17,604 nucleotides of DNA from an uncultured Candidatus Bathyarchaeia archaeon (GTDB lineage Archaea; Thermoproteota; Bathyarchaeia; Bathyarchaeales; Bathycorpusculaceae). Below the pieces are notes generated by a model that searched no databases, was not told the origin of the DNA, and saw only the letters and a list, made by a program, of their open reading frames with translations. The DNA lies in assembly GCA_964450845.1 (NCBI GenBank), contig CAYVGZ010000027.1, forward strand, positions 1 to 17,604, read 5' to 3'. The first letter of the stretch is position 1. Every line of letters starts with the position of its first letter. Position numbers and translations under genes: made by a program. This document shows, in pieces, positions 1-8,459 of the stretch.

Positions 1-1056
1 GATTACGCCTGTGCCGATGGCGTCTATTCCATAATAATTGCAAAGATCCATGCCTTTTATTATGGCGTCAAGGCGATCTACACCACAGTAGGGTCCCATA
101 GCCCACAATGTTTCGTATTCCATCCGCGTTGTAGTACCTTTATAAGGACCTTCTGGAACGACGCAAACGTGTTCGCATCTCATTGCGCAAGAGCTGCATC
201 CAATGATTTTGGCAACAAACCTTTCGTTCAAGCTTTCTCCGCTTACTTTTTCTGCCCCTTCAAAACGTGAATTGTTATAGTTTCTTGTGGGCATGCACGA
301 CAGCGAATTGTGGACTAGAACGTTTTCAGGAGTGCCTAATGTTCTGTATTTCTGTGTGGCTGGGCCTTTCATTCTTTCGTGGAATTCTTTGACGTATTCC
401 ATGAATTCGTCTGGTTTAGCTACCAAAATGTCGCGTGTTCCACGCACAGCAATTGCCTTAAGATTCTTTGAACCCATAACAGCGCCCATTCCCGTTCTTC
501 CAGCGGCTCTGGTTTTGTCGTTGATTATGCATGCTATTCGAACGAGTTTTTCTCCAGCAGGGCCTATGGCTGCAACGCGGATATAATAGTCACCTAACTC
601 TTCCCTTATAGCATCTTCAGTGTCGGCTGGTGATTTACCCATTAAATGCGAAGCGTCCAATAGCTGGACTGAATCATCGTCAATCCAAACGTAAACTAGT
701 TTTTCCGCTTTGCCCTTAAAAATTACAGCATCATATCCAGCCCGTTTTAACTCTGTTCCAAAGGACCCATGGGATTTAGCTTCGCCAACACCATAGCTTT
801 GTGGCGACTTTGCAACAAAGGCATGTCCATTTCCGCCCGTAGGCCAAACTGAGCCTGATATGGGTCCAGTTGCTAGAATTAATGGGTTTTCTGGGCTGAA
901 CGGCTCCACGCCAGGTTCAGAGTGGTCTAACCATAATCGTATGCCTAAACCTATTCCGCCAATGTATTTTTTAGCGTACTCTTCATTCAAAGGTTCAACG
1001 TGGGTTTTTCCAGTTGTCAAGTCTATGTGAAGTACTCGACCAGCATAACCGTACAT
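1..1056 (-). CDS. aor: Tungsten-containing aldehyde:ferredoxin oxidoreductase family protein (352 codons visible; 3' end runs off the window)
   Basis: Not in the ORF track because it runs off the edge. Manual translation from ATG at 1056 gives MYGYAGRVLHIDLTTGK...IGGIGLG...GPAGEKLVRIACIIND...RAAGRTGMGAVMGSKNLKAIAV...GCSSCAMRC...EYETLWAMGPYCG...CNYYGIDAI, which are classic AOR motifs including the CxxCxxxC [4Fe-4S] ligands. RBS GGAGG lies 8 nt upstream. Confidence 0.93.
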   Translation of the reverse strand, partial: MYGYAGRVLHIDLTTGKTHVEPLNEEYAKKYIGGIGLGIRLWLDHSEPGVEPFSPENPLILATGPISGSVWPTGGNGHAFVAKSPQSYGVGEAKSHGSFGTELKRAGYDAVIFKGKAEKLVYVWIDDDSVQLLDASHLMGKSPADTEDAIREELGDYYIRVAAIGPAGEKLVRIACIINDKTRAAGRTGMGAVMGSKNLKAIAVRGTRDILVAKPDEFMEYVKEFHERMKGPATQKYRTLGTPENVLVHNSLSCMPTRNYNNSRFEGAEKVSGESLNERFVAKIIGCSSCAMRCEHVCVVPEGPYKGTTTRMEYETLWAMGPYCGVDRLDAIIKGMDLCNYYGIDAIGTGVI

Positions 1057-1214
1057 TGGTTTTTCCTCCGCTTTTGTAACTTTAAAGTTTCAACATTCAT
1101 ATTAATTTATCTATTTTAACTGTGTTATTTACACGGAGTTAACGCATAGATGACGCAAATTTTCAGCATGTTTTAGGGCTTTATTGGTGGTTAGTAAAGA
1201 GGAGAAAGAAAATT

Positions 1215-2780
1215 TTAGATAGCTTCCCTCAAGAGTTCAACAATGTCTTTCACTGCAATCTTATTTTCTACATCCAATACCTTAACAGCATCTTCCAAGG
1301 TCGTCATACAGAACGGGCAAGCCACAGCTATGGTGTCAACATTGAGTTCTAATGCCTCTTTAACTCGGTCTACACTAGGCCTCTTTTCAGGAGTTGCCTC
1401 CTCTGTCCACACCCTTCCTGCTCCGCCACCACAGCAGAAACTGCTTTCTCTTGTTCGCTTCATTTCAACAAGTTCTAAGCCATTTATCGACTGCAAAATC
1501 TGTCTTGGTTCATCGTAAATTTCGTTGCGTTTACCTAAAAAGCATGGGTCGTGATAGGCAACTCTTTTCTTAACTGGTTTTGTGGGTTTTATTTTGCCCT
1601 GTTTGATGGCTTCAGCCAAGAATTGCGTGTAATGTTGAACGTTTAGTTTTTCGTCAGCGTATGGCTTATCATTTTTGAATGTATTGTAACAGTGCGGTGA
1701 CAACGTGACGATTTTTTCCGCATTGAATTTTTTGAACATTTCTATGTTGTGAAGGGCAAGTTCTTCGAACAATCCTTTTTCGCCCATTCTTAGCATATGG
1801 TCTCCACAACACCATTCTTCAGTGCCCAACGTAGCAAAGCTAACTCCTAAGCTGTTGAACATTAAAGCCATAGCTCTGGCAATTTCCATGTTTCTCGCAT
1901 CGTAAGTTGTCGAACAGCAAGTGAAGTACAGAACATCAGCCTTTGTAACTGTTGGAAACGTGTCAACGTTCAAGCCCTTAGCCCAATCCATTCTCTTACT
2001 CTGATGCGTTCCCATTGGGTTGTGGTATTTGTAGACGCTTTCCAGAACATCTTTAACAGTTCTCGGAATGTTTCCAGCTTCTACCAGAAGGCAGTGGTCA
2101 TCAACTATCGAGTTTGCGCAGCCAACGAGTTTGGGACAGAACAACGTGCATGAGTTACACTGGGTGCACAGCCAAATGTTGTCTGCCATGGGCTTTAATC
2201 GTTCGTCGCAGCCTGCGTCTCTTGAATCTGCGATGAATCGGTAATTAGCTGTTAATGCTGCAGGTCCGAGAAATCTTTCATCTATTGCGGCTGGACATGC
2301 TGAGTAGCAGATTGAGCATTTTGTACATAAAGTTAAGTCCCAGTATTTTTTGAGGTCAGTTGGCACTTGAGTAAATTCTTCGGTTTTCTTGAAGGCTTCT
2401 TCTGGCTTTATTAGTAACGTTTTGATTTTCTTAAATTTATCAAAGAAAGGTTCGATGTCAACCACTAAGTCTTTTATAACTGGCATGTTTGCTAGCGGTT
2501 CAATAGTTAAGGAGTCAACTCCGAGGTCAAGTACTTGCGTGTAACAGGCTAGCATGGGTTTTCCGTTAACATTTATTCCGCAGCTTCCGCAAATTCCAAA
2601 TCTGCACGAATGCCTAAAAGTGAGGGTCTCGTCAAGGTTGTCTTTAATGTATATGAGACCATCAAGCAACGTGTTTCCCATGCGAACTGGAACCTTGTAC
2701 GTTGAGAAATAGCGCCTTTTGCTTTCAGGGTCGAATCGAAGAATCTTAAATTCAACAATCTTCTCAACTTTAGAGTTCAT
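1215..2780 (-). CDS. tfrB: Succinate dehydrogenase/fumarate reductase Fe-S subunit fused to two CCG (HdrD-like) domains; thiol:fumarate reductase subunit B-like
   Basis: N-terminal SdhB/FrdB: CRFGICGSC...MLAC ([2Fe-2S]), CTKCSICYSACP, CTQCNSCTLFCP. C-terminal ~270 aa: YFTCC...WCCGD...SPHC and YHDPC...CCGGG...ACPFC (CCG domains). RBS AGGTGA lies 4 nt upstream. The symbol reflects architecture only; activity is unproven. Confidence 0.85.
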   Translation of the reverse strand: MNSKVEKIVEFKILRFDPESKRRYFSTYKVPVRMGNTLLDGLIYIKDNLDETLTFRHSCRFGICGSCGINVNGKPMLACYTQVLDLGVDSLTIEPLANMPVIKDLVVDIEPFFDKFKKIKTLLIKPEEAFKKTEEFTQVPTDLKKYWDLTLCTKCSICYSACPAAIDERFLGPAALTANYRFIADSRDAGCDERLKPMADNIWLCTQCNSCTLFCPKLVGCANSIVDDHCLLVEAGNIPRTVKDVLESVYKYHNPMGTHQSKRMDWAKGLNVDTFPTVTKADVLYFTCCSTTYDARNMEIARAMALMFNSLGVSFATLGTEEWCCGDHMLRMGEKGLFEELALHNIEMFKKFNAEKIVTLSPHCYNTFKNDKPYADEKLNVQHYTQFLAEAIKQGKIKPTKPVKKRVAYHDPCFLGKRNEIYDEPRQILQSINGLELVEMKRTRESSFCCGGGAGRVWTEEATPEKRPSVDRVKEALELNVDTIAVACPFCMTTLEDAVKVLDVENKIAVKDIVELLREAI

Positions 2781-2795
2781 ATACGTTCACCTTTC

Positions 2796-4496
2796 CTAAT
2801 ATTTTCTTTCAACTGGAGGCCACTTAGTTATCTTGGCTGGAACATACTCAAGACGAGGTCCTTCTTTTGTGCAGTAGGCGAGAGAGTGTTTTAACCAGTT
2901 TTCATCGTCCCGCTTCGGGTAATCACGCCTTGAATGGGCTCCTCTCGACTCTGTTCTGGCAAGCGCACCGACTATAGTTACTTCTGCAAGGTCTAACATG
3001 AAGTCAAGTTGCAGGGCTGAAGTAAATGCGGTGTTAAAGGTTTTGCCTTTGTCTTCAACCTTTATTTTCCTGAATCTTTGTTTGAGTTCCCTTATTTCTT
3101 TCAAGGCGCTCTCAAGCTGGTCGCCTCTCCTGAAAATCCAAACCTTCGTGTTCATAACCCGCCTCATCTCATCTCTGAGGCCAGGCACTCTTTCATCGCC
3201 TTCGCTGCCCAAGATTCCGTCAAAGATCCTCTTCTCTTCTGCTAAAAGTTTTTCATGTGAGATTTCATAAAAACTGCTAGACAAAGCGCATTTTGCAGCT
3301 TCCTCTCCAGCAACCGCTCCGAAAACTAGACAATCAATCGTCGAATTTGTGCCAAGTCTGTTTGCTCCATGAACGCTGATACACGAGCATTCGCCAGCAG
3401 CATAAAGTCCTGAAATCGGCGTTTCAGCTTTAACGTTAGCGCGGATTCCGCCCATTGCGTAGTGAGCTGCTGGTCTGATAGGTATCGGCTCCTTGACAGG
3501 GTCCACTCCCCCAATTTTTATTGCGACCTCGCGGATGAGGGGCAGCCTCTCGTTTATCTTCTCCTCGCCTAAATGCGTAATGTCTAAAGCTATGTAAGGT
3601 CCAAATGGTCCTGCTAACCCACGTCCTTCCAAGATTTCTGTTTCCTCTGCCCTAGCGACTACGTCCCTAGGGGCCAGCTCCATTCTTTGTGCTGCATAGT
3701 TTTTCATGAAACGCTCACCCTTGGCGTTGAGTAAGTATCCTCCTTCGCCTCGAGATCCTTCGGTTATCAGCACTCCAGAGGGAACCAGACCTGTGGGATG
3801 AAATTGGACAAACTCCATATCCATTAGTGGTGCTCCAACACGGTAAGCCATAGCCATTCCGTCGCCTGTGGATGCGTGGGAGAAGGTTGTAAATTCGTAC
3901 ATGCGTTGGTAGCCGCCAATCGCCATTATTATGGCTTTAGTTTGGAAAGCTTGCATTTCGCCAGTTTTTTGTTCTATTGCTGTCAAGCCTACGGCTCTGT
4001 TGTCTTTAACTATTATAGAGGTGACAAACCATTCGTCGTAAAACTTTATGTTACCATGGGACGTGGCTTTTCCATACAATGTGTGCATTTCATGAAAGCC
4101 CGTCATATCAGCTGCGAAGCATGCCCGTGGGAAGCTATGTCCGCCGAATGGGCGTTGGTCTATTTTTCCGTCGGGAGTGCGGCTCCATGGACATCCCCAA
4201 TGCTCCATTAAAATAATTTCCTTTGGTGCTTGTCTGACAAAAAAATCTACAACATCTTGGTCTGCTAGATAGTCTGCTCCTTTAACGGTGTCAAAGGCAT
4301 GCAAATCGTATGAATCTTTCTCCCTTAAAACAGCCGCTGTTCCGCCTTGTGCACACACAGAGTGCGAGCGGATGGGGTGAAGTTTAGAAATTACAGCTAT
4401 GTCTAGTTTATTGCTGACTTCAGCAGCAGCAACTGCAGCTCTAAGACCCGCTAAGCCAGCTCCTACAATAACTATGTCGTGTTTATATTCTTCCAT
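2796..4496 (-). CDS. sdhA: Succinate dehydrogenase/fumarate reductase flavoprotein subunit (SdhA/FrdA/TfrA)
   Basis: GAGLAG FAD-binding motif, [10 protein letters not shown] (covalent-FAD His), [43 protein letters not shown] upstream. Confidence 0.95.
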   Translation of the reverse strand: MEEYKHDIVIVGAGLAGLRAAVAAAEVSNKLDIAVISKLHPIRSHSVCAQGGTAAVLREKDSYDLHAFDTVKGADYLADQDVVDFFVRQAPKEIILMEHWGCPWSRTPDGKIDQRPFGGHSFPRACFAADMTGFHEMHTLYGKATSHGNIKFYDEWFVTSIIVKDNRAVGLTAIEQKTGEMQAFQTKAIIMAIGGYQRMYEFTTFSHASTGDGMAMAYRVGAPLMDMEFVQFHPTGLVPSGVLITEGSRGEGGYLLNAKGERFMKNYAAQRMELAPRDVVARAEETEILEGRGLAGPFGPYIALDITHLGEEKINERLPLIREVAIKIGGVDPVKEPIPIRPAAHYAMGGIRANVKAETPISGLYAAGECSCISVHGANRLGTNSTIDCLVFGAVAGEEAAKCALSSSFYEISHEKLLAEEKRIFDGILGSEGDERVPGLRDEMRRVMNTKVWIFRRGDQLESALKEIRELKQRFRKIKVEDKGKTFNTAFTSALQLDFMLDLAEVTIVGALARTESRGAHSRRDYPKRDDENWLKHSLAYCTKEGPRLEYVPAKITKWPPVERKY

Positions 4497-4540
4497 TCAA
4501 TTGTTCACCTTGTTGGAAGGAACCTAATTTTGTAATCTAA

Positions 4541-4556
4541 CCTTTATAGTTTTTCC
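4541..4556 (-). promoter_or_regulatory. Putative BRE+TATA promoter for the sdhA-tfrB operon
   Basis: The minus strand reads GGAAAAACTATAAAGG about 45-60 nt upstream of the ATG at 4496, a purine-rich element followed by TATAAA. Pattern match only. Confidence 0.45.
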
Positions 4557-4647
4557 ACGCTTTTTATGTGTAAGAATGTTTATTATTGATCAAATCTAAT
4601 TGTTTCGTGGTTAAGATGTCTGTTCCCGTCTGGAAAGGGGCAAAAAC

Positions 4648-6159
4648 ATGTTTAAGAAAATCTTGGTTGCCAATCGTGGAGAGATTGCAATTAGAGTGAT
4701 TAGGGCTTGTAAGGAACTAGAAGTGAAGACAGTTGCGGTTTACTCCCAGACCGATGCTGAATCTCTGCATGTTCAGTATGCAGACGAATGCCATTGCATA
4801 GGCCCAGCAGAACCCACCCAAAGCTACCTAAACATTGGCAAAATAATTGAATTGGCTAAGAAATCAGAGTGTGAGGCCATACATCCCGGTTATGGATTTC
4901 TCTCTCAGATACCAACCTTCGCAGAGGCATGTGAGGAAAATAGCTTAGAATTCATCGGACCTCCAAGTAGGGTTTTACAAAAGATGGGTTGCAAAGTGGA
5001 AGCCCGCAAAATTGCTGTCAAGGCTGGGGTTCCAATAGTCCCGGGAAGCATAGAACCTGCTAAAAGCATGGATGACGCTATGGAAGTGGGGGAAAAGGTC
5101 GGATATCCTGTTCTTGTTAAGGCTGTCTATGGTGGCGGGGGAAAAGGTATGCGAATAGTCACGAATGAGAATGAGATGCAACGAACATTGGAACTTGCAG
5201 CCTCAGAAGCTGAAAGCTCCTTCGGAAGTCGAGAAATTTACGTGGAAAAATTCCTTCCAAAAGTAAGACACATAGAATTTCAAGTTTTAGCTGACAAAAC
5301 TGGAAAAGTTATTCACCTTGGAGAACGGGAATGCTCAATTCAAAGAAGATACCAAAAGCTCATTGAAGAAACTCCATCCCCATTCATGACAGAAGAGCTG
5401 AGGAGAGAGATGGGAGAGGCTGCTGTAAAAATTGCAAATGCCGTAAACTACATCAACGCGGGAACAGTTGAGTTCTTAGTTGAACAAGATAAAAACTACC
5501 ATTTCTTGGAGATGAACACTAGGCTTCAGGTTGAGCACCTCATCACCGAGATGGTGACGGGTATAGACATTGTGAAAGCTCAGATCAAAATAGCGGCTGG
5601 CCAAAAACTTGAGCATGAGCAAAGCGATGTCGTCATGAGAGGACATGCAATAAACTGCAGGGTCAATGCTGAAGACCCATACAACAATTTCATGCCAAGC
5701 CCTGGAACAGTAACGAAGTTCCAACTGCCGGGAGGGCCTGGAGTAAGAGTTGACACTCACCTGTACGCTGGCTACTCCATTTCGGTTTTCTACGACCCAT
5801 TGATAGTGAAGCTTGCTGTTTGGGGGTCGAACCGTGGCGAGGCTATACAAAAAATGAGGAATGCCTTAAACGAGCTCGTAATAGAAAGTGTGAAAACTAC
5901 CATTCCTTTCCACAAGAAAATCATGGAAGACGAAGGCTATCTCAAGGGAGATATTTACATAAACTTTGTTGAGGAAAGAATTGGAGAGGTTCTACCAAAA
6001 TGTGCTTTAGAGGATGAGGAGGCCGCTGCAATAGTTGCAGTTTTGGCTGATCAAATAGAAAGAAGAGGTGTTCAAGCAGTTATTCCGAGAAGGGAGCCTA
6101 GGGCAGTTTCCCTTTGGAGACTTGCCGGTAGGACAAGGAGACTGGAGAGAACGCGTTGA
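4648..6159 (+). CDS. accC: Biotin carboxylase subunit (AccC/PycA/PccA-N type) with a C-terminal docking-tail extension
   Basis: MFKKILVANRGEIA, HPGYGFLS, KAVYGGGGKGMR, ERECSIQRRYQK, FLEMNTRLQVEH, RVNAEDP, GVRVD, YDPLIVKL. The ATP-grasp BC core is ~450 aa, followed by a ~50 aa tail. Confidence 0.96.
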   Translation: MFKKILVANRGEIAIRVIRACKELEVKTVAVYSQTDAESLHVQYADECHCIGPAEPTQSYLNIGKIIELAKKSECEAIHPGYGFLSQIPTFAEACEENSLEFIGPPSRVLQKMGCKVEARKIAVKAGVPIVPGSIEPAKSMDDAMEVGEKVGYPVLVKAVYGGGGKGMRIVTNENEMQRTLELAASEAESSFGSREIYVEKFLPKVRHIEFQVLADKTGKVIHLGERECSIQRRYQKLIEETPSPFMTEELRREMGEAAVKIANAVNYINAGTVEFLVEQDKNYHFLEMNTRLQVEHLITEMVTGIDIVKAQIKIAAGQKLEHEQSDVVMRGHAINCRVNAEDPYNNFMPSPGTVTKFQLPGGPGVRVDTHLYAGYSISVFYDPLIVKLAVWGSNRGEAIQKMRNALNELVIESVKTTIPFHKKIMEDEGYLKGDIYINFVEERIGEVLPKCALEDEEAAAIVAVLADQIERRGVQAVIPRREPRAVSLWRLAGRTRRLERTR

Positions 6160-6698
6160 CGATCCAAGAGGTTTTGGTGAACAGAAAACCGCACAAGGTC
6201 AAGGTTTTGGAGAGAAATGGAAACATCTTTACACTAGAGGTGAACGAGAAAACAGTCAACGTAAAATTCAAGAACATGGTTCAAGGTAAAACAGCAATAT
6301 TGGAGATTAACGATAAAACTTTTCAACCAAGTGTTGAGAGAATTCAAGGGAACGTTCTTCAAATTAAAATAGGCGGAAAACTTTTCGAAGTTCAATTTCA
6401 ACCTAAAATCCCAAAAGAATCGAATGCAAAGCATGAGCCTATAGTTACTATTGCGAAAAAACCAGCAATAGGTTTGGTAATAGAAAAAGACGCTGTGGCT
6501 GCTCCAATTGCGGGCAGAATCGTGCTGCTTAGGGCTAACGTTGGGCAAAAGGTTGAAAGAGGCGAGTGTGTCTGCATCTTGGAAGCCATGAAAATGCAGA
6601 ACGAAATAACCGCACCTAAGGCAGGAGTTGTCAAGGAATTTAGGGTTTCCAAAGGAGCTATTGTAAACAAAGGAGACATTTTAGCAGTTATTAGCTAG
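6156..6698 (+). CDS. Biotin carboxyl carrier protein 1 (N-terminal four-hairpin beta domain + biotinyl domain)
   Basis: The TTG start overlaps the BC stop (TTGA). Biotinylation motif EAMKMQNEI has its Lys codon at 6591-6593. APIAGRIV precedes it and the gene ends GDIL. Confidence 0.93.
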   Translation: MTIQEVLVNRKPHKVKVLERNGNIFTLEVNEKTVNVKFKNMVQGKTAILEINDKTFQPSVERIQGNVLQIKIGGKLFEVQFQPKIPKESNAKHEPIVTIAKKPAIGLVIEKDAVAAPIAGRIVLLRANVGQKVERGECVCILEAMKMQNEITAPKAGVVKEFRVSKGAIVNKGDILAVIS

Positions 6699-6729
6699 AA
6701 GCAACTGCTTTTACTGAAAAGTAGGTTAG

Positions 6730-7092
6730 GTGTGGAATGTGGCTAAATGGCTGAGGCGAATTCTGGGCACATGGGCGTTTCTCCTTTTAATTAATGGGTC
6801 TGCGTTAGGTTATTTGATTGTTAGTTTATTTTTTATTCCTAATGTTTGGGGAGTTTTAATCGGTTCGAGCGTAATGGCTCTTGGTTTTTGTTGGTATTAT
6901 GTACGGTATGTTAAGAAAAAGCAGCCGCGGTATCCCTTGGTGGCACCTGAGGGGAAGGCTGATTTTTATCTTCCAAGAACCAAAATTCCGAGACCTGTGT
7001 ATGCAGATTTTCGTGAGATTGAGGAGAAAAAGCGGAAGCTTGCTAAGGTTAAGAAGTTGGCTCGAAAGAAGGTCGTTCGGAAGAAAAAATAG
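6730..7092 (+). CDS. Hypothetical membrane protein (two predicted TM segments, Pro-rich linker, Lys/Arg-rich tail)
   Basis: GTG-start 120-aa ORF fills the gap between BCCP-1 and mce on the same strand. It has hydrophobic stretches TWAFLLLINGSALGYLIVSLFFIP and VWGVLIGSSVMALGFCWYY and the basic tail KKRKLAKVKKLARKKVVRKKK. No family recognised. Confidence 0.7.
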   Translation: MWNVAKWLRRILGTWAFLLLINGSALGYLIVSLFFIPNVWGVLIGSSVMALGFCWYYVRYVKKKQPRYPLVAPEGKADFYLPRTKIPRPVYADFREIEEKKRKLAKVKKLARKKVVRKKK

Positions 7093-7182
7093 CGCGCTAT
7101 CTTTCTCTGTGACTAGACCCTTCCTTATAAATGGATCGAACTTCTGGTAGTTTGTGAGTTAGAACTTCTTTGTTTTTGATTC

Positions 7183-7197
7183 AGAAAGTTTTTAATA
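7183..7197 (+). promoter_or_regulatory. Putative BRE+TATA promoter for mce-birA
   Basis: AGAAAGTTTTTAATA lies about 45-58 nt upstream of the TTG at 7241 and matches the typical archaeal BRE/TATA pattern. Confidence 0.5.
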
Positions 7198-7240
7198 ACG
7201 TGTTTAGTATGGCTTTATTCTGAATAGGAGTAGATTTAGA

Positions 7241-7645
7241 TTGTTTGTTGGTGTTGACCATGTTGGTGTTGCCGTGCGGAATTTGGATGAGGCTATAAGC
7301 GTTTACCGAGATGTTTTGGGTTTCAAGCTTGAGAGTGTTCATGTTTTAACGGAGCGAAAGGTTAGAGTGGCTTTTCTCTCCACTGGCGGAGAAACTAGCA
7401 TTGAGCTTTTGGAGCCTATTGGCAACGACAGCCCAGTTGCAAAGTTTCTTGAAAGTCGTGGAGAAGGCATTCAACATTTGGCTATGAAGGTTAAGAATAT
7501 TGAAGCGGTTTTGGCTGAACTTAAACGGAAAGCCGTGGTGCTTGTTGATGATAAGCCTAGGGCTGGCGCCGAAGGCACAAAAATTGCTTTTGTTCATCCA
7601 AAGAGCACGAAGGGCGTGCTTTTGGAACTTGTTGAAAAGCCGTAG
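7241..7645 (+). CDS. mce: Methylmalonyl-CoA epimerase (VOC family)
   Basis: VDHVGVAV, IELLEP, FLESRGEGIQHLA, GAEGTKIAFVHPKSTKGVLLELVE. TTG start with GGAG upstream. Confidence 0.95.
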   Translation: MFVGVDHVGVAVRNLDEAISVYRDVLGFKLESVHVLTERKVRVAFLSTGGETSIELLEPIGNDSPVAKFLESRGEGIQHLAMKVKNIEAVLAELKRKAVVLVDDKPRAGAEGTKIAFVHPKSTKGVLLELVEKP

Positions 7646-7647
7646 GT

Positions 7648-8445
7648 TTGTTGATGAATGTGAATGTGGACAGGCTTCAGGAAGGCTTACGCACTAAACG
7701 TTTTGGTAGGAACATTCTTTTTTTGCGTAAGGTTGGTTCTACGAATGATTTGGCTAAAGAGTTGGCTGGTTATGGGGCTGCTGAAGGAACGGTTGTGGTT
7801 GCGGAGACACAAACTGCTGGGCGTGGAAGGCTTGATAGAGAATGGGTTTCGCCTAAAGGCGGTTTGTGGTTTTCTGTTGTTCTTAAACCTGAACTTAAAC
7901 CTGCAGAGGCTGTTAGGCTTGTGTTTGTGGCTGGTTTAGCTGTGGCTGAGGTTTTGCATGAACTGTATAGGGTGAGGGTGGAGACGAAGTGGCCTAACGA
8001 TGTAGTGATGAAGGGGCGCAAAGTTTGCGGCATACTCACAGAAATGAACACGACGGGCGAAAAAGTCAATTATGTCACAGTAGGGGTTGGAGTTAACGCG
8101 AACCTTGATGTGGAAAAGGTTTTTCCTGAAGATTTGAGAACGGTTGCTACTTCGCTTGAAAATGAGCTTGGCAGAAAGGTTGGGTTAGAAGAATTGTTTA
8201 AGGCGTTGCTTGAGAGGTTGGAAAATATTTATGGGTTGTTTTTGGAGGAAGGTTTTGCTTCAGTTCTGGGGAAATGGAAAAAGTATGCGGGCTTTTTAGG
8301 TTGTCAAGTGGAAGTGACAAGTGGAACTGAGAAATGGGTTGGGCTCGCATCTGATGTTGGGAATGACGGGGCTTTGGTTATGAGGTTGGAAGATGGAACG
8401 GTGAAGCGTGTTTTCGTTGGGGATGCTGCTCTGCGGTCAAAATGA
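7648..8445 (+). CDS. birA: Biotin-protein ligase (group I, no N-terminal HTH)
   Basis: STND, QTAGRGRLDREWVSPKGGLWFS, KWPNDV, KVCGILTE, GVGVN. The start could be TTG 7648/7651 or ATG 7654. Confidence 0.95.
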   Translation: MLMNVNVDRLQEGLRTKRFGRNILFLRKVGSTNDLAKELAGYGAAEGTVVVAETQTAGRGRLDREWVSPKGGLWFSVVLKPELKPAEAVRLVFVAGLAVAEVLHELYRVRVETKWPNDVVMKGRKVCGILTEMNTTGEKVNYVTVGVGVNANLDVEKVFPEDLRTVATSLENELGRKVGLEELFKALLERLENIYGLFLEEGFASVLGKWKKYAGFLGCQVEVTSGTEKWVGLASDVGNDGALVMRLEDGTVKRVFVGDAALRSK

Positions 8446-8459
8446 GCAGTTATTTTTAT

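Noticed and set aside
1078-1089. 12-bp perfect palindrome AACTTTAAAGTT upstream of aor; considered as a SurR-type site
   Set aside because: It does not match the GTTn3AAC(n5GTT) spacing, it is AT-rich, and it overlaps a plausible TATA element. A single occurrence is not enough.
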